Source of the DNA: Corynebacterium glutamicum ATCC 13032
GTDB lineage: Bacteria; Actinomycetota; Actinomycetes; Mycobacteriales; Mycobacteriaceae
Direction: 5' to 3'
Assembly: GCF_000011325.1 (NCBI RefSeq)
Contig: NC_003450.3
Coordinates: 2,160,001 to 2,192,000 of the forward strand
DNA length: 32,000 nucleotides
Below, in pieces: positions 1 through 7,940 of the stretch. Numbering within the stretch: the stretch's first letter is position 1; the number at the start of each line of letters is the position of its first letter. The notes below the pieces were generated by a model. The model did no database searches. It had not been told where the DNA came from and saw only the letters and a list, made by a program, of their open reading frames with translations. A program made the position numbers and the translations under genes.

Positions 1-606
1 ACGAACCGTTGCCGCTTGTTCGCCTTGTGCTGCGTTGTTTCCACCAGCACCAAACAGCGAAATGACTCGCACGCGCTCGAGTGCTTCCTCAAGTCGTTCC
101 CTCTGCCTGCGGATTTGATCCAAAAAGGTAGCGAGGGTTGCTCCAAATGTAGTGGGAATTGCCTGCTGAGCATGGGTGCGTCCCGGCATCACGGTGTCTT
201 TGTGCTCTTCAGCCCGTGCTGCCAGTGCATTCCCCAGACGCACGATCTGTTTATCAAGGGCGTTCAAAGAGGCAGTCATTTGCAACACCAGTCCAGTGTC
301 CATGATGACTTGGGTCGTGGCGCCGTAGTGGACTCGCCCGTTGGGGCCTTCTGGAAGGTGACTGGCGATTTGTCTTACCAAGCCAAGGATGGGGTAGCCG
401 ACATTTTTGGCATCTTCCCACAGCTTCTCGCGGTCAATGTTGGAAAGGACTGCCGCCTGGTTGATCTGTGCAGCATCGTCTTCAGTGATCACACCATGGC
501 GGGCTTGAGCAGTTGAGAGTGCTCTCTCCGCAGCCAACCAGCTTTCGATTGTGGCATCTGAAGAAAAGATTTCTAGTTGAGTGTCATTTCCTGCGTACTG
601 CCAAAG
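1..606 (-). CDS. Class II fumarate-lyase superfamily enzyme (adenylosuccinate lyase / 3-carboxy-cis,cis-muconate cycloisomerase-like). This is the 5' part and it continues past the left edge. The open frame begins directly after an in-frame TAA (see findings).
   Basis: This is my own reverse-strand translation; the ORF track omits it because there is no stop in the window. It reads LWQYAGNDTQLEIFSSDATIESWLAAERALSTAQARHGVITEDDAAQINQAAVLSNIDREKLWEDAKNVGYPILGLVRQIASHLPEGPNGRVHYGATTQVIMDTGLVLQ...DTVMPGRTHAQQAIPTTFGATLATFLDQIRRQRERLEE. The blocks HYGATTQ-I-DTG and MPGRTHxQxAxPTTFG are the conserved lyase_1 family signatures. The listed + ORF 16..516 is its antisense shadow. Confidence 0.7.
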
Positions 607-916
607 TTAGGAGAATGGGGCTTTGTCAGTGGGATACATTGTGCGCGCTCCTAGCACCTATGGGCTTGTGTGGAATCGTATCCACAAAGGTATGATGATC
701 GTTATTCCTGGAGCCGAAAAGTAGGAAAACTCACACCTGCCCCACGCGGCGTTTTAAGCGCTCAGATTTGAGAAACGCACCCGAGGGTCAATCTGGTCGA
801 GTTACCTCCTTAAACGGTCATATAAAACATCATCATTTCCGCATGTAATGGGCGATTTTGACACCTGTGAGATCCCTGATCAAGAATCCGACCAGCTAGC
901 ATACCTGAAGCTCTAA

Positions 917-1062
917 ATCGAACGAATTTTTGCATGGAACCTCGGCTTTCGTGCAAATTTTCGACTGATTTCGGGTCCCCACCACCCAAATCGGTCGGAT
1001 TTTTGCATCTCACCATCCACCGCGGTGCGGATCCAGCATTTTCGACAGTGCCCCTCCCGAAA
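917..1062. repeat. Two adjacent degenerate repeat units of about 73-81 bp in the 468-bp gap between the lyase gene and the 131-aa gene.
   Basis: The unit heads ATCGAACGAATTTTTGCAT (917-935) and ATCGGTCGGATTTTTGCAT (990-1008) match at 16 of 19 positions. The core ATTTTCGAC recurs at 957-965 and 1038-1046. Each unit carries its own hairpin with a C-rich loop. Confidence 0.6.
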
Positions 1063-1084
1063 AGCATTTCCGCCAGAACGGCGG
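1060..1084 (-). terminator. Weak candidate terminator downstream of the 131-aa gene.
   Basis: On the minus strand the stem is CCGCC-gttct-GGCGG (1070-1084), followed by AAATGCTTTT. The stem is only 5 bp and the U-tract is imperfect. Confidence 0.3.
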
Positions 1085-1107
1085 GCTAACTGACTAAACG
1101 CGGAAAA

Positions 1108-1503
1108 CTAGCCCCGATGCTGCCACGCGCATGATGCGTTAACGCCAGGTTCGGTCGCACCTTCAAGGGAAGTTCCATACCAGTAGGTCCCCTGAGGCAA
1201 CGCCCCCACCACCTTTTTGGTGAGGTCTTTAAGCTCCAGGTCGGAGGAGCCGTTAATTACTAGGCGGTGGAGCACTTCCACAATTGGTGGGTGGCCCTCT
1301 AGCTGGGAGAACTGGGTGACAAGCATGTTGTCGGGTTCGCAGGTGAGGTCGACGATCTGGGAGTGGATTTCAGAGGCTACGAATCCGGACTCACTCAATG
1401 TCGCTGGTAGGTTTTCTAGTACTTTTTCCCATTCGCTGGGGACGATGAGGATGTTGAGGTCGGTTGAAACTTCTCGCATGGTGGTCATATTCCTTTCAAC
1501 CAT
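1108..1503 (-). CDS. Hypothetical cytoplasmic protein (131 aa); no motif recognised.
   Basis: The ORF is intact and its ATG directly abuts the stop of the upstream membrane-protein gene (TAAATG at 1506-1501), which suggests translational coupling. The composition looks protein-like. Confidence 0.55.
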   Translation of the reverse strand: MVERNMTTMREVSTDLNILIVPSEWEKVLENLPATLSESGFVASEIHSQIVDLTCEPDNMLVTQFSQLEGHPPIVEVLHRLVINGSSDLELKDLTKKVVGALPQGTYWYGTSLEGATEPGVNASCAWQHRG

Positions 1504-2196
1504 TTACTTGGCAAATTGCTTCCGTGCGCGGAAAAACATCAGCGCCAGCAATCCTAAGGTTATCCAAAGCATGTAGCGGTTGACCACGTTGACGATGTCG
1601 AGGACTTGTTCGCCGAAGGTGTATCCCAGCCAGATGAATAGTCCGTTGACCGATAGTACGCAGATCGCATTCCAGGCCATGATGATCCAGAAGCGGATTT
1701 TCACCAGGCCAGCCACTGCGTTGAGGATGGTTCCCGGCACTGGTCCTGGGAGGTATGCGAGTGGAATGAGGCCGATGATCCAGGCGTAGAGGCGGGTGGA
1801 TTCGGAGTCGACGGATTTTTTGAACATGCGGTGGAAGCGGGGCATGTATTGGAGGGACATGTCGATAAATTCCATGCCCCAGCGCTTACCCATCAGCCAA
1901 TAGACGGGCATGAACTTCAGCGCGCCGATCAGGGTGCAGAGCCAGTAGACCCACCAGATGCCGTTTTCTACCGAAGCGTTCGCGCCGCCCACGACTGCAC
2001 TGGTGTAACCACCGACGATGAGGGTGTAGGCCAGAGGTTGGGTGAGCATCCAGGCGCGCAGTGGGATCATGCAGAGGGAGAAAATGCCCATCACAATGAG
2101 TGCGATGAACAAAATGATGTCGGCGCGTTCTGGGTTGCTGAGAAATTTCGGGAGCTCGGGCTCTGGCTTTGGGGGTTGAGGTGTGGTCTCTGTCAT
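1504..2196 (-). CDS. Integral membrane protein, TVP38/TMEM64-DedA (VTT domain)-like.
   Basis: The 230-aa product has multiple hydrophobic helices. The segment LPGPVPGTILNAVAGLVKIRFW resembles the VTT-domain core. Its ATG overlaps the trmD stop as ATGA at 2193-2196. Confidence 0.55.
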   Translation of the reverse strand: MTETTPQPPKPEPELPKFLSNPERADIILFIALIVMGIFSLCMIPLRAWMLTQPLAYTLIVGGYTSAVVGGANASVENGIWWVYWLCTLIGALKFMPVYWLMGKRWGMEFIDMSLQYMPRFHRMFKKSVDSESTRLYAWIIGLIPLAYLPGPVPGTILNAVAGLVKIRFWIIMAWNAICVLSVNGLFIWLGYTFGEQVLDIVNVVNRYMLWITLGLLALMFFRARKQFAK

Positions 2197-3062
2197 TTGT
2201 CCAGTCCCAATACTTTGAGGTCGGTGGAATCGAGGAGGGATGCGTCGATAAGCTCAGGCCTAATTGCCTGGGTGCGTAGGAGCGCCTGATCGCGTCGCCA
2301 GCGATCGACCTTGGCGTGGTTGCCCGAGAATAGTACTTCGGGGACGTCAAGTCCGCGCCAGGTGCGCGGCTTTGTGTACGACGGGCCTTCGAGCAGGCCA
2401 TCGGAGAAGCTGTCTTCTTCGTGGCTACGACGGTTTCCGAGCACGCCAGGGATCAGGCGCACGACGGCTTCCGCGATGACCAGGACTGCCACTTCCCCGC
2501 CGATCAGCACATAATCGCCGATCGATACCTCGCGCACGCGGTAGCGGTTGGCGGCATCATCAATAACGCGCTGGTCAATGCCCTCGTAGCGCCCGCACGC
2601 GAACACAATGTGCTCCTCGTTGGACCACGCCTGCGCATCCGCCTGCGTGAACGGCTTGCCAGCCGGGGTGGGCACCAGCAACAGCGGCAGGTCGCGGTCT
2701 TCTTCCACGACATAAGCACGCTTTTCGACGCCACCCAGCTCATCATGGCGCACATTTTTCAGGTGCAGCGAGGCCGAATCGAGTTCCGCACCGCTCACCC
2801 GGCCTGCGGCGACATCATCAAGCGCTGGCCCCCAGACCTCTGGCTTCATCACCATGCCCGGGCCACCGCCATACGGGGTATCGTCGACGGCCTTGTGTCC
2901 GCCGGTCGCCCAATTCCGAAGATCATGAACACCGACTTCCAAAATGCCATCCTCAATCGCCTTACCCAGCAGGGCATGGCGCAGAGGATCCAGGTATTCG
3001 GGGAAAATGGTCACGACATCAAGCCGCAGACGGTGGGAATCAAGATTTTCGGAGCTAGTCAC
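2193..3062 (-). CDS. trmD: tRNA (guanine37-N1)-methyltransferase TrmD.
   Basis: The sequence RLDVVTIFPEYLDPL...VDDTPYGGGPGMVMKPEVW...ACGRYEGIDQRV...IGDYVLIGGE is a typical TrmD. The maximal ORF runs to 3134, but family N-termini start near (M)RxDVVTIFP. I therefore place the start at GTG 3062; this start is uncertain. Confidence 0.93.
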   Translation of the reverse strand: MTSSENLDSHRLRLDVVTIFPEYLDPLRHALLGKAIEDGILEVGVHDLRNWATGGHKAVDDTPYGGGPGMVMKPEVWGPALDDVAAGRVSGAELDSASLHLKNVRHDELGGVEKRAYVVEEDRDLPLLLVPTPAGKPFTQADAQAWSNEEHIVFACGRYEGIDQRVIDDAANRYRVREVSIGDYVLIGGEVAVLVIAEAVVRLIPGVLGNRRSHEEDSFSDGLLEGPSYTKPRTWRGLDVPEVLFSGNHAKVDRWRRDQALLRTQAIRPELIDASLLDSTDLKVLGLDK

Positions 3063-3097
3063 GGACTTCAATCTACCAAGAGGTCTACGCTGGAGGC

Positions 3098-3748
3098 ATG
3101 AAGCCTCACACACTTTTGCGACAAGCTTTAGCAATCGGCAGCGTGGGTGGGCTCTTGGTGCTCAGTGCCTGTGGCAATTCTGATTCAACTTCTCCTACTG
3201 TTTCGGAAACTGTCACAGAAATTGTCACTGAAACTTCGGCCCCTGATTCCACGGCAGCCCCGATAGAATCCTCGCCTGCTACCTCTTCAGATGCTGTGCC
3301 TTCAGAAGTTGTGCCTTCAGAAGGCGTGCCCAAGCAATGCACAACCTCGGAACTCAACATCTCAACCGGTACGCAACAAGGCGCTGCAGGAAGCGTGCTG
3401 ATTGACCTGAACTTCACCAATGCTGGCTCCACAGACTGCACACTCCATGGCTTTCCGGGCGTGAGCTTTGTGGGAATGGATAACGGCACGCAGATTGGCG
3501 CGCCAGCGGTTCGGGAAGGAGACGCCTTCCCTGCGGTCACGCTTGGACCCGGTGAGAACACAATCGCCGCTCTGAAAATTTCCAGGGCAGAAAACTACGA
3601 CTCGGACGCATGCTCACTGCAACCAGTTGATGGGCTACGCGTCTACCCGCCAGGTGAAACCGCATCCGAATATCTTCCGCTGGAAGGATTCAATGGATGC
3701 GACAATGATGGTCTTAAGCTGCTGACTATTAAATCTGTCGGAGCCTAA
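3098..3748 (+). CDS. Secreted lipoprotein, DUF4232-like.
   Basis: The signal peptide MKPHTLLRQALAIGSVGGLLVLSAC has an L-S-A-C lipobox. It is followed by a Ser/Thr/Pro-rich linker. The sequence then reads C-x-TSEL...GAAGS..IDL.FTN.G...CTL.GFPGVSF, which is typical of actinobacterial DUF4232. Its stop overlaps the rimM stop (3745-3748). Confidence 0.75.
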   Translation: MKPHTLLRQALAIGSVGGLLVLSACGNSDSTSPTVSETVTEIVTETSAPDSTAAPIESSPATSSDAVPSEVVPSEGVPKQCTTSELNISTGTQQGAAGSVLIDLNFTNAGSTDCTLHGFPGVSFVGMDNGTQIGAPAVREGDAFPAVTLGPGENTIAALKISRAENYDSDACSLQPVDGLRVYPPGETASEYLPLEGFNGCDNDGLKLLTIKSVGA

Positions 3749-4260
3749 AGATCTAACAAGCCCTCTGGAGGGGTGATCGTTGCGGTTCCTTCTTCCAGAT
3801 CCACCTCAGGAACAATGGCGTGCACAAAAGGAATCAGTGTTTCCTTGCCTGAGGTCAGGCGGACTTCCAGGATCTCACCGGCTGGGCCATGCATCACGCC
3901 GGTGACTTCACCGATATCCTCGCCCTCGTGAATGACGCGCAGACCTTCCAACTCATGGTCGTAGAAGCCATCCTCATCGTCTTCATCCTCAAGAGGTGCC
4001 GCAAAGAATCGAGTTCCACGCAAAGAATCAGCAGCGGTACGATCTGGGACCTCTGCGAACTTCACCAAGAGTCGACCTTGGTGCATGCGCGCTGCATCGA
4101 TGGTCAGTGAATGCTCCTTGCCTGCCTGCTTGCCGTTGAGAACTTCCCCAATGGCGAAGCGAATGTCTGGATCATCGGTGCTCAATTCCACCACGACTTC
4201 ACCCCGAATGCCGTGGGATTTTACAACTTTTCCGATTTGCAGTTCCTGCTCTGTACTCAT
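3745..4260 (-). CDS. rimM: 16S rRNA processing protein RimM.
   Basis: The sequence MSTEQELQIGKVVKSHGIRGEVVVEL...PLEDEDDEDGFYDHELEGL...GEILEV is the RimM/PRC-barrel pattern. The track ORF extends to 4470, but its extra 70 residues do not look protein-like, so I take ATG 4260 as the start. Confidence 0.9.
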   Translation of the reverse strand: MSTEQELQIGKVVKSHGIRGEVVVELSTDDPDIRFAIGEVLNGKQAGKEHSLTIDAARMHQGRLLVKFAEVPDRTAADSLRGTRFFAAPLEDEDDEDGFYDHELEGLRVIHEGEDIGEVTGVMHGPAGEILEVRLTSGKETLIPFVHAIVPEVDLEEGTATITPPEGLLDL

Positions 4261-4389
4261 GTATAGAAAGTTTATGTCACGAGCCCACATCCGCCCTATT
4301 TCAGCAATGTTTAATACCGGTGGAATCGTTTTTATTAGGATGGGTGGATACCTATCTTTAGTGAGCCGTACTAGCGAGAAAGCTGCCCC

Positions 4390-4740
4390 ATGACTGTTTT
4401 CAATGTTCTCCATGACGCACCCGCACCACAGCCGGATAAAAACCGCCCCGGTGTCAAACGTCTCCTCCAAGGTGATGGCGCAAACCTCATCGCCTTCACT
4501 TTCAGCCCTGGACAGTCACTTCCCGACCACCGCGCCGCACATCCCATCACCGTGACCGCATTTTCTGGCCAGCTCACCTTCAGCTATGGCGAGGAAACCT
4601 TTGAGCTCTCCCCCGGTGTGACAGTGCACTTGGAAGCAGGAGTTACCCACCGCGTGGACTGCCCGCCAGAAGCACCAGGCGATGCAGTAATGCTGTTAAC
4701 TATGCTCACTGGTGAAAAACACTCAGTCAACCAGGCCTAA
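4390..4740 (+). CDS. Small cupin-domain protein.
   Basis: The 116-aa product contains FSPGQSLPDHRAAHPITVTAFSGQLTFSYGEETFELSPGVTVHLEAGVTHRV, which resembles the two cupin motifs. Confidence 0.65.
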   Translation: MTVFNVLHDAPAPQPDKNRPGVKRLLQGDGANLIAFTFSPGQSLPDHRAAHPITVTAFSGQLTFSYGEETFELSPGVTVHLEAGVTHRVDCPPEAPGDAVMLLTMLTGEKHSVNQA

Positions 4741-4745
4741 CAACT

Positions 4746-4788
4746 AAAAAACCACCCGCCCACGATCACTCGTGTGCGGGTGGTTTTT
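4746..4788. terminator. Bidirectional rho-independent terminator between the cupin gene (+) and rpsP (-).
   Basis: AAAAACCACCCGC (4746-4759) pairs perfectly with GCGGGTGGTTTTT (4776-4788), and there is an inner CACGA/TCGTG pairing. The A-run on one side and T-run on the other give a U-tract on both strands. Confidence 0.85.
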
Positions 4789-4811
4789 AAAGAAGTACAA
4801 ACAAAAGTGGC

Positions 4812-5309
4812 TTATGCCTCTTCTGCAGCAGCTTCCTCAGCTGGAGCCTCTTCGGACTCTGCAGCGGCAGCCTTTTCAGCAGCAGCCTTCTCAGCTGCTT
4901 CCTTAGCTTCCTTGTCCTCGCGAGCCTTCTTCTTCTTTTCAGTGATGGCTTCAGCGGTTGGGCCGTTGTTAGCCTCAGAAAGAGCCTGGTTGAACAGCTC
5001 AAGCTTGGATGGCTTAGGCTCTGCAACACGGAGGGTGCCTTCTGCGCCCTCGATGCCCTTGAACTTCTGCCAGTCGCCGGTCACCTTGAGCAGCGCTGCA
5101 ACAGCCTCGGTTGGCTGAGCGCCAACGGAGAGCCAGTGCTGCGCACGCTCGGAGTTGATCTTGATTACGGAAGGCTCAGCCTTTGGCTCGTAGATACCGA
5201 TGTTCTCGATAACCTTGCCGTCGCGCTTGGTGCGTGCATCAGCGATGACAACGCGGTAGTGCGGGGTACGGATCTTGCCGAGGCGCTGGAGCTTAATCTT
5301 TACAGCCAT
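4812..5309 (-). CDS. rpsP: 30S ribosomal protein S16 with an Ala/Glu/Lys-rich C-terminal extension.
   Basis: The sequence is [47 protein letters not shown] lies about 8 nt upstream of ATG 5309. The track ORF start at 5348 adds 13 non-homologous residues. Confidence 0.95.
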   Translation of the reverse strand: MAVKIKLQRLGKIRTPHYRVVIADARTKRDGKVIENIGIYEPKAEPSVIKINSERAQHWLSVGAQPTEAVAALLKVTGDWQKFKGIEGAEGTLRVAEPKPSKLELFNQALSEANNGPTAEAITEKKKKAREDKEAKEAAEKAAAEKAAAAESEEAPAEEAAAEEA

Positions 5310-5624
5310 GTGAATTTTCCTCACTAGGTCACTGGGCAGTACAGTCACTCACCGTGTGCTGGTGAGCCGGTTCAGCCCTTCTTGTTTAACCTGCGCGTGA
5401 CTCCTCCGGACGACCGGGGTCGTTGGCGGCAATACGCAGGAAAGTCTGTTAGACGTTGCCACGCCCATTCGAGCGCAGACAACCTGAACAATCTTAGCGG
5501 TAACTGACCAAGAAATAAAATTGTGGTGTCTTCTTGTCAAATAACCACTGTTTATAGGGCAATTCTTTGGCAATGTACCCAACTCATTACCCACCTGCTG
5601 ATTCAAAGAGTAGATTTAAATAGT

Positions 5625-6101
5625 GTGCTTCCGATTGCCTCCGGTAACGATGACCGGAATTTAATCCGTTATGTCGACGGTGGTCGATTTGATGAAATCA
5701 TGCTCACCGGAGACCTCACTGGCCTGAGCAGTTTTCTTACCAACGCTGGCCCGAACGCCCGGGATGATTTTGATCTCACGGTGCTCATGCGCGCTGCCGA
5801 GGCAGGCAACCTCATGGTTGTTGCCCGCTTGTTAGATTTAGGTGCCAATCCCCGACTCACCAATCCTCGTGGTGTCACGGCCCTACATATCGCAGCGATC
5901 GCCGGGGACGATGGCATTGTGGAATGCCTCATTGATGCAGGCGCTGAAGTCGATGCTGTAGATGATCAAGGTCGCACTCCCCTATGGAACGCAGCGGCTC
6001 ATCATCTGCCTGATTCTGCGGTGGTGGATGTGCTGCTTCGCGCAGGTGCGAATGTGAATCTGCGCGATTGCAATGGAGTCAGCCCAGAAGACATGCTGTA
6101 G
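5625..6101 (+). CDS. Ankyrin-repeat protein.
   Basis: There are three to four ANK repeats: LTVLMRAAEAGNLMVVARLLDLGANPRL, RGVTALHIAAIAGDDGIVECLIDAGAEVDA, QGRTPLWNAAAHH...VVDVLLRAGANVNL. The start is uncertain: the maximal ORF begins at 5523, GTG 5625 is the first plausible start, and I saw no clear SD. Confidence 0.75.
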   Translation: MLPIASGNDDRNLIRYVDGGRFDEIMLTGDLTGLSSFLTNAGPNARDDFDLTVLMRAAEAGNLMVVARLLDLGANPRLTNPRGVTALHIAAIAGDDGIVECLIDAGAEVDAVDDQGRTPLWNAAAHHLPDSAVVDVLLRAGANVNLRDCNGVSPEDML

Positions 6102-6120
6102 AAGCATTCTTTAGCAGGAT

Positions 6121-6990
6121 TTATCGCACCACGCTTTTCATTTTGAACGCGGCAATGAGTCCAAACACCACTCCCCATGAGGCAACAATTCCTACTGCCA
6201 CCCATGTAGAAACGGGTTCCCCAAACATTTCCAGTTTGAGTCCGTATCCGAATTGGAAGATATCGAAGGCTTCGGGTGGAAGTGAAATCGCGTCCAATGC
6301 TGGGGCAACCACAATTTGTCTGATCAACATTCCAGCTGGGGTAAACGGGAGGAAGTTCAACACGTTTGTCACTGCTTCAGGCAATGCGATGGGTGGAATA
6401 TAAGCAGCAGATAAAAAGCCCGCCAGGGTGCCTACCAGGCTTGAAAGCGCAGACATTCCGCCTTGAGATTTCACCAAGGTGATCAGAAATGCTGCAATTG
6501 CGGAAAACACCAGGGTGAGCAGAAGCAAGGCGACTACCAATTCGAGCACGCGAGCAATGCTCATGCTGAAGTGCCCCAAAATAGCTAAACCAATACTTCC
6601 CACCACGATTTCAAAGATCAAAATCGTCATGGCGACAATGACTGCTGCGAAGATATAGGACACCGTCAGCGTCGTTCTGGATACGGGTGCCACGAGGAAA
6701 TCTTTGATGCCTCCGCGGGTGCGATCTTCAACCAGCACTCCAAGTGCTGCTTGCGGAACAGTGATTGCGGACGTGATGAGAATTCCGGAAAACACCCAAT
6801 TGAAGACGAATCCTTCAACATCGTCTCGGGCTGAGTCAGGTAGATCCACCATGAGACCGTCAATTTGCAGTTTTCCTAAAAACAGCACGTACAGGACCAA
6901 AAGGATGAGCGCACCCATGATGGAAAACAGCACTGCCATGCGGTCGCGGAAAAAGCAGCGCAAGTGTCTGCGTGTCAGAACTGTAATCAT
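6121..6990 (-). CDS. ABC-2 type transporter permease.
   Basis: The 289-aa product has six predicted hydrophobic helices. It is coupled to the upstream ATPase gene by an ATGA overlap at 6987-6990. Confidence 0.8.
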   Translation of the reverse strand: MITVLTRRHLRCFFRDRMAVLFSIMGALILLVLYVLFLGKLQIDGLMVDLPDSARDDVEGFVFNWVFSGILITSAITVPQAALGVLVEDRTRGGIKDFLVAPVSRTTLTVSYIFAAVIVAMTILIFEIVVGSIGLAILGHFSMSIARVLELVVALLLLTLVFSAIAAFLITLVKSQGGMSALSSLVGTLAGFLSAAYIPPIALPEAVTNVLNFLPFTPAGMLIRQIVVAPALDAISLPPEAFDIFQFGYGLKLEMFGEPVSTWVAVGIVASWGVVFGLIAAFKMKSVVR

Positions 6991-7865
6991 GATCGTTTCC
7001 GTTCAGCTGTAACTGCTAGAAATACATCGTCCATGGAACCGTGGCGGATCTCTACGTCGAGAACCCCATCTAGTTCTGTTGCCAGGCGCGCAGCTTCGAG
7101 CCCATTTTCCAACTTGATCCGCAGTCGGTCACCGTCGATTTCTGGGCTCAAGTGGGCCAACTCTTTACCCGAATGAGTAGGGTCGTTTGTTCTAAGAGTC
7201 AATTCTGTTGTGGTGTAACGGGCGCGCAGTTCCATCGGGGTTCCTGATGCGACCTCTTTGCCACGGTCAATGATTAGAACTGAATCAGCCAGTTCTGTTT
7301 CTTCCATGTAGTGAGTGGTCAAAAAGACAGTGAGGCCCACATCGTTACGCAGGGAATTGATGGTGTCCCAAACTTGGCGTCGTGATCTGGGGTCGAGGCC
7401 TGCTGTGGGTTCATCAAGAAAAAGAATGTCTGGGCTGTGCAGTAAAGCTCGTGCGATGTCGGTGCGACGTTTTTCACCGCCCGACAACACTCCGTATCGG
7501 CGGTCCGCAAACCCTTCCATCCCGATTTGCTCAATGAGCTGTGCAACCCGCTGCTTCCCCACCCCTGGGTACAGCTGTCCGCGTGTTTCCAAGTTTTCTT
7601 TGGCACTCAGCAAAGGGTCTAAGACGGATTGTTGAAACACCACTCCAAGTTTTTCAGAATCTACTTGGCCACCCTGCAGTTCGATCTCCCCAGAGGTGGC
7701 TTGATCAATGCCAATCAGGCATGAAATCGTGGTTGTTTTTCCTGCGCCGTTCTCCCCTAGAAAGGCAAAAATTTCCCCTTGTGAAACATCAAAATTTAAA
7801 CCGTCAACCGCAACGGTGTCGCCATAGCGTTTGACGAGGTCCCGCACTTTTAGGATGGGTGACAT
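6987..7865 (-). CDS. ABC transporter ATP-binding protein (DrrA/ABC-2 exporter type).
   Basis: It has Walker A GENGAGKTTT, signature LSGGEKRR and Walker B ILFLDEPTAGLD. I prefer the start ATG 7865 (MSPILKVRDLVKRYG) because the longer start at 7901 lies inside the ffh terminator hairpin. Confidence 0.9.
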   Translation of the reverse strand: MSPILKVRDLVKRYGDTVAVDGLNFDVSQGEIFAFLGENGAGKTTTISCLIGIDQATSGEIELQGGQVDSEKLGVVFQQSVLDPLLSAKENLETRGQLYPGVGKQRVAQLIEQIGMEGFADRRYGVLSGGEKRRTDIARALLHSPDILFLDEPTAGLDPRSRRQVWDTINSLRNDVGLTVFLTTHYMEETELADSVLIIDRGKEVASGTPMELRARYTTTELTLRTNDPTHSGKELAHLSPEIDGDRLRIKLENGLEAARLATELDGVLDVEIRHGSMDDVFLAVTAERKRS

Positions 7866-7875
7866 AGTTAAATTT

Positions 7876-7923
7876 GTAGCAAAAACAAGTAATCGGCGCA
7901 TCGCTTAGGGAAAGTGATGCGCC
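7876..7923 (-). terminator. Candidate ffh terminator.
   Basis: GGCGCATC (7895-7902) pairs with GATGCGCC (7916-7923) in an 8-bp stem. On the minus strand the hairpin is followed by GATTACTTGTTTTT. Confidence 0.5.
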
Positions 7924-7940
7924 GACCAACTAAAGCAAAG

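Noticed and set aside
16-516. A 166-aa + strand ORF at the left edge.
   Set aside because: It is Cys-rich and does not look protein-like. It is the antisense shadow of a minus-strand frame that carries clear fumarate-lyase family motifs.
810-1067. An 85-aa minus-strand ORF within the first repeat gap.
   Set aside because: It spans the degenerate repeat units, has no SD, and its composition looks like translated non-coding repeat DNA.
5349-5606. An 85-aa minus-strand ORF upstream of rpsP.
   Set aside because: It lies in the divergent rpsP/ankyrin promoter region, has no SD or motif, and probably represents 5' UTR or promoter DNA.
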